32,000 nucleotides of DNA. Origin: Nitrosococcus oceani ATCC 19707. GTDB taxonomy: Bacteria; Pseudomonadota; Gammaproteobacteria; Nitrosococcales; Nitrosococcaceae. The notes below the pieces were generated by a model that worked only from the letters and a program-made list of their open reading frames with translations, ran no database searches and was not told where the DNA came from. The stretch spans positions 30,001-62,000 of the forward strand of contig NC_007484.1 of NCBI RefSeq assembly GCF_000012805.1, in the 5' to 3' direction. Both the position numbers and the translations under genes were made by a program. Of this stretch, positions 29,993-32,000 are shown in pieces. The first letter of the stretch is position 1. Each line of letters begins with the position of its first letter.

Positions 29993-32000
29993 AACCAAAA
30001 CAAGAAAGCCTGTTCCAGACCAGACTGGTTCCCGCCGAAGCGGGCTCCGGCAGGCTATTCGACGAAGAACTGGTGGCTGGTTCGGATGGGCCTGTAAAGT
30101 GTCTTGGTCTTGAGTTTGAAAACGACGAAGCCCGTCGCACCCACTTTACCGAGGAGCTGCGCAAGAAGCTGCAGGACCCGGAGTTCCGCAAGATCGAAGG
30201 TTTTCCCATCGGCAGCGACGAGGACATCCTGAACCTGAGTGATCCGCCATATTACACCGCCTGCCCGAACCCATGGATCGCCGACTTCATCACCGAGTGG
30301 GAGGCGCAAAAGCCGGAACAGCCCGAAGGCTATCACTATCACCGTGAGCCTTTTGCCGCCGATGTCAGCGAAGGAAAAAACGACCCGATTTACAATGCCC
30401 ACTCTTATCATACCAAAGTGCCGCACAAGGCAATCATGCGGTACATCCTCCACTACACGGAGCCAGGAGACATCGTTTTTGACGGCTTCTGTGGTACTGG
30501 CATGACAGGAGTGGCCGCGCAGATGTGTGGCGACCGTGAAGTGGTCATGTCGCTCGGCTACCAGTTGAAGCCGGACGGGACCATTTTGCAGGAAGAGATG
30601 GACGAAGATGGCAAAAAGGTTTGGCGACCATTTTCAAAACTGGGCGTCCGCAGAGCCGTACTGAACGACCTTTCACCGGCGGCGACGTTCCTTGCGCATA
30701 ACTACAACCTTTATGTTGATACGGCATCATTTGAAAATGAAGCTAAGAAATTCATCAAAATAATCGAGCGAGAATGTGGATGGATGTATGAAACAACTCA
30801 TACAGACGGGGTGACCAAGGCGAAAGTGAACTACACAATCTGGTCAGATGTATTTGTCTGTCCTGATTGCACTAATGAGATTGTATTCTGGGATGTTGCA
30901 GTCGACAAAGAATCTGAGACAGTAAACGATGAGTTTCAATGTCCTAATTGCCAGACCAGCTTAACAAAGCGCAATATGGACCGTGCTTGGGTTACCACTT
31001 ATGACCGATTCTTGGGAGAGACGATTCGGCAGGCCAAGCAGATACCTGCTTTGATCAATTATAGCGTTGGTGGGAAACGATATGAGAAGAAACCTGACGA
31101 GGGTGACTTCGCAATTTTGGAGAAGATAGAAAACGAAGGATTAGACGGATGGTTTCCCATCAATCGCATGATTGAGGGGCATGAGTCTAGGAGAAATGAT
31201 CCGGTTGGTATCACGCACACTCATCACTTTTATTCACCTCGAAATCTATCAGTGATGTCGAAGATTTTGGATTTGGCTGACAAATCTGAATTTACTCCCT
31301 TCAAATTCGGTTTTCTGAATACCTCTTGGCACGCCACGCAGATGAGGCAATACAACCCAGGTGGCGGGCACAGACCTAGAACGGGTACTTTGTATATGCC
31401 TTCCATCCATAGTGAAGGTAACATGATTCCCGTTTACAAGAAAAAGCTGAACCAGCTTGTTCAGTTTTATAAAGTCAAGTCTCATCGAAATAGGGTTGCC
31501 ATTATTCAGACCATGTCGTCTACGGTGGAATCATCTATCGAAGCGGGTTTGGACTATGTATTCATTGATCCGCCTTTCGGCGCAAATCTGAACTACTCAG
31601 AACTAAATTCAATATGGGAGGCATGGCTTAAAGTAAGTACGAATAATGCCGAGGAGGCAATTGAGAATAGGTCACAGAACAAGGGGATTGATGAATACCG
31701 ATCTCTTATGACTCAGTGCTTTCGACAGGCATACAACCAATTGAAACCTGGGCGCTGGATGACTGTAGAGTTTTCTAATACAAGCGCTGGTATTTGGAAC
31801 AATATTCAGACGGCAATATCAGACGCTGGATTTATTGTCGCGAATGTCTCTGTTCTAAATAAAAAGCAGGGGTCGATAATGGCTTACACTACCCCCACTG
31901 CTGTCAAACAAGACCTCGTTATCTCAGCCTACAAACCCAACGGCGGTTTTGAAGAGCGCTTTCAGAAAGAGGCGCAAACCGAAGAAGGTGTGTGGGATTT
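29989..32000 (+). CDS. pglXI: BREX type 3 DNA methyltransferase PglXI (N6_N4_Mtase family); 3' end beyond the window
   Basis: The frame is open from ATG 29989 to the window end, translated fully by hand. LSDPPYYTACPNPW, SAM motif I (IVFDGFCGTGMTG), a Zn-ribbon in the variable region (CPDC...CPNC) and catalytic motif IV (VFIDPPFG). Confidence 0.8.
   Translation, partial: MKPKQESLFQTRLVPAEAGSGRLFDEELVAGSDGPVKCLGLEFENDEARRTHFTEELRKKLQDPEFRKIEGFPIGSDEDILNLSDPPYYTACPNPWIADFITEWEAQKPEQPEGYHYHREPFAADVSEGKNDPIYNAHSYHTKVPHKAIMRYILHYTEPGDIVFDGFCGTGMTGVAAQMCGDREVVMSLGYQLKPDGTILQEEMDEDGKKVWRPFSKLGVRRAVLNDLSPAATFLAHNYNLYVDTASFENEAKKFIKIIERECGWMYETTHTDGVTKAKVNYTIWSDVFVCPDCTNEIVFWDVAVDKESETVNDEFQCPNCQTSLTKRNMDRAWVTTYDRFLGETIRQAKQIPALINYSVGGKRYEKKPDEGDFAILEKIENEGLDGWFPINRMIEGHESRRNDPVGITHTHHFYSPRNLSVMSKILDLADKSEFTPFKFGFLNTSWHATQMRQYNPGGGHRPRTGTLYMPSIHSEGNMIPVYKKKLNQLVQFYKVKSHRNRVAIIQTMSSTVESSIEAGLDYVFIDPPFGANLNYSELNSIWEAWLKVSTNNAEEAIENRSQNKGIDEYRSLMTQCFRQAYNQLKPGRWMTVEFSNTSAGIWNNIQTAISDAGFIVANVSVLNKKQGSIMAYTTPTAVKQDLVISAYKPNGGFEERFQKEAQTEEGVWD

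Overview
The window has two parts. Positions 1-15111 are conserved gammaproteobacterial core. Everything 3' of the tRNA(CAU) at 15036-15111 is accessory DNA.

CORE (1-15111): gpmI lies divergent from a yibN-like rhodanese-grxC-secB-gpsA cluster. This is followed by a SHOCT lipoprotein, a MidA-type methyltransferase, folK-folB, plsY, tsaD, and the rpsU-yqeY-dnaG-rpoD macromolecular-synthesis operon. The gene order mirrors E. coli. GC looks close to 50% by eye. A Chromatiales or Nitrosococcus-like origin is only a guess.

ACCESSORY (15112-32000):
- (i) 15.1-22.7 kb is a small integrative element with phage-satellite (PICI/P4-like) architecture. It carries a tyrosine integrase, an AT-rich orphan cargo gene, an Xis-like HTH, a Zn-ribbon ORF, an HTH/replication protein, a T7 gp4-like primase-helicase and a lone terminase small subunit.
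- The element shows decay or recoding. The integrase has no ATG/GTG/TTG start. An IS630-family element with TA duplication splits the cargo gene. Two poly-A tracts (A8 and A9) separate ORF halves.
- (ii) 22.8-23.1 kb is an IS200/IS605 tnpA relic with two hairpins just 3' of it.
- (iii) 23.6 kb to the window end is the 5' half of a type 3 BREX locus (brxF, brxC, pglXI).
- Wedged between brxC and pglXI are a Schlafen/AlbA_2 + HATPase_c_4 + double-wHTH gene, a perfect 22-bp hairpin, and an internally deleted DUF1016/YhcG nuclease relic that is ATGA-coupled to pglXI.
- pglXI changes composition abruptly near 30.7 kb, just after SAM motif I. This suggests module exchange of the specificity and catalytic portion.

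MOST PROMISING LEADS:
- the embedded Schlafen-like gene inside BREX;
- the chimeric methyltransferase;
- the satellite-like element with an orphan cargo gene in the integrase-adjacent slot.

All protein-family calls come from motif recognition by eye. No searches were run.
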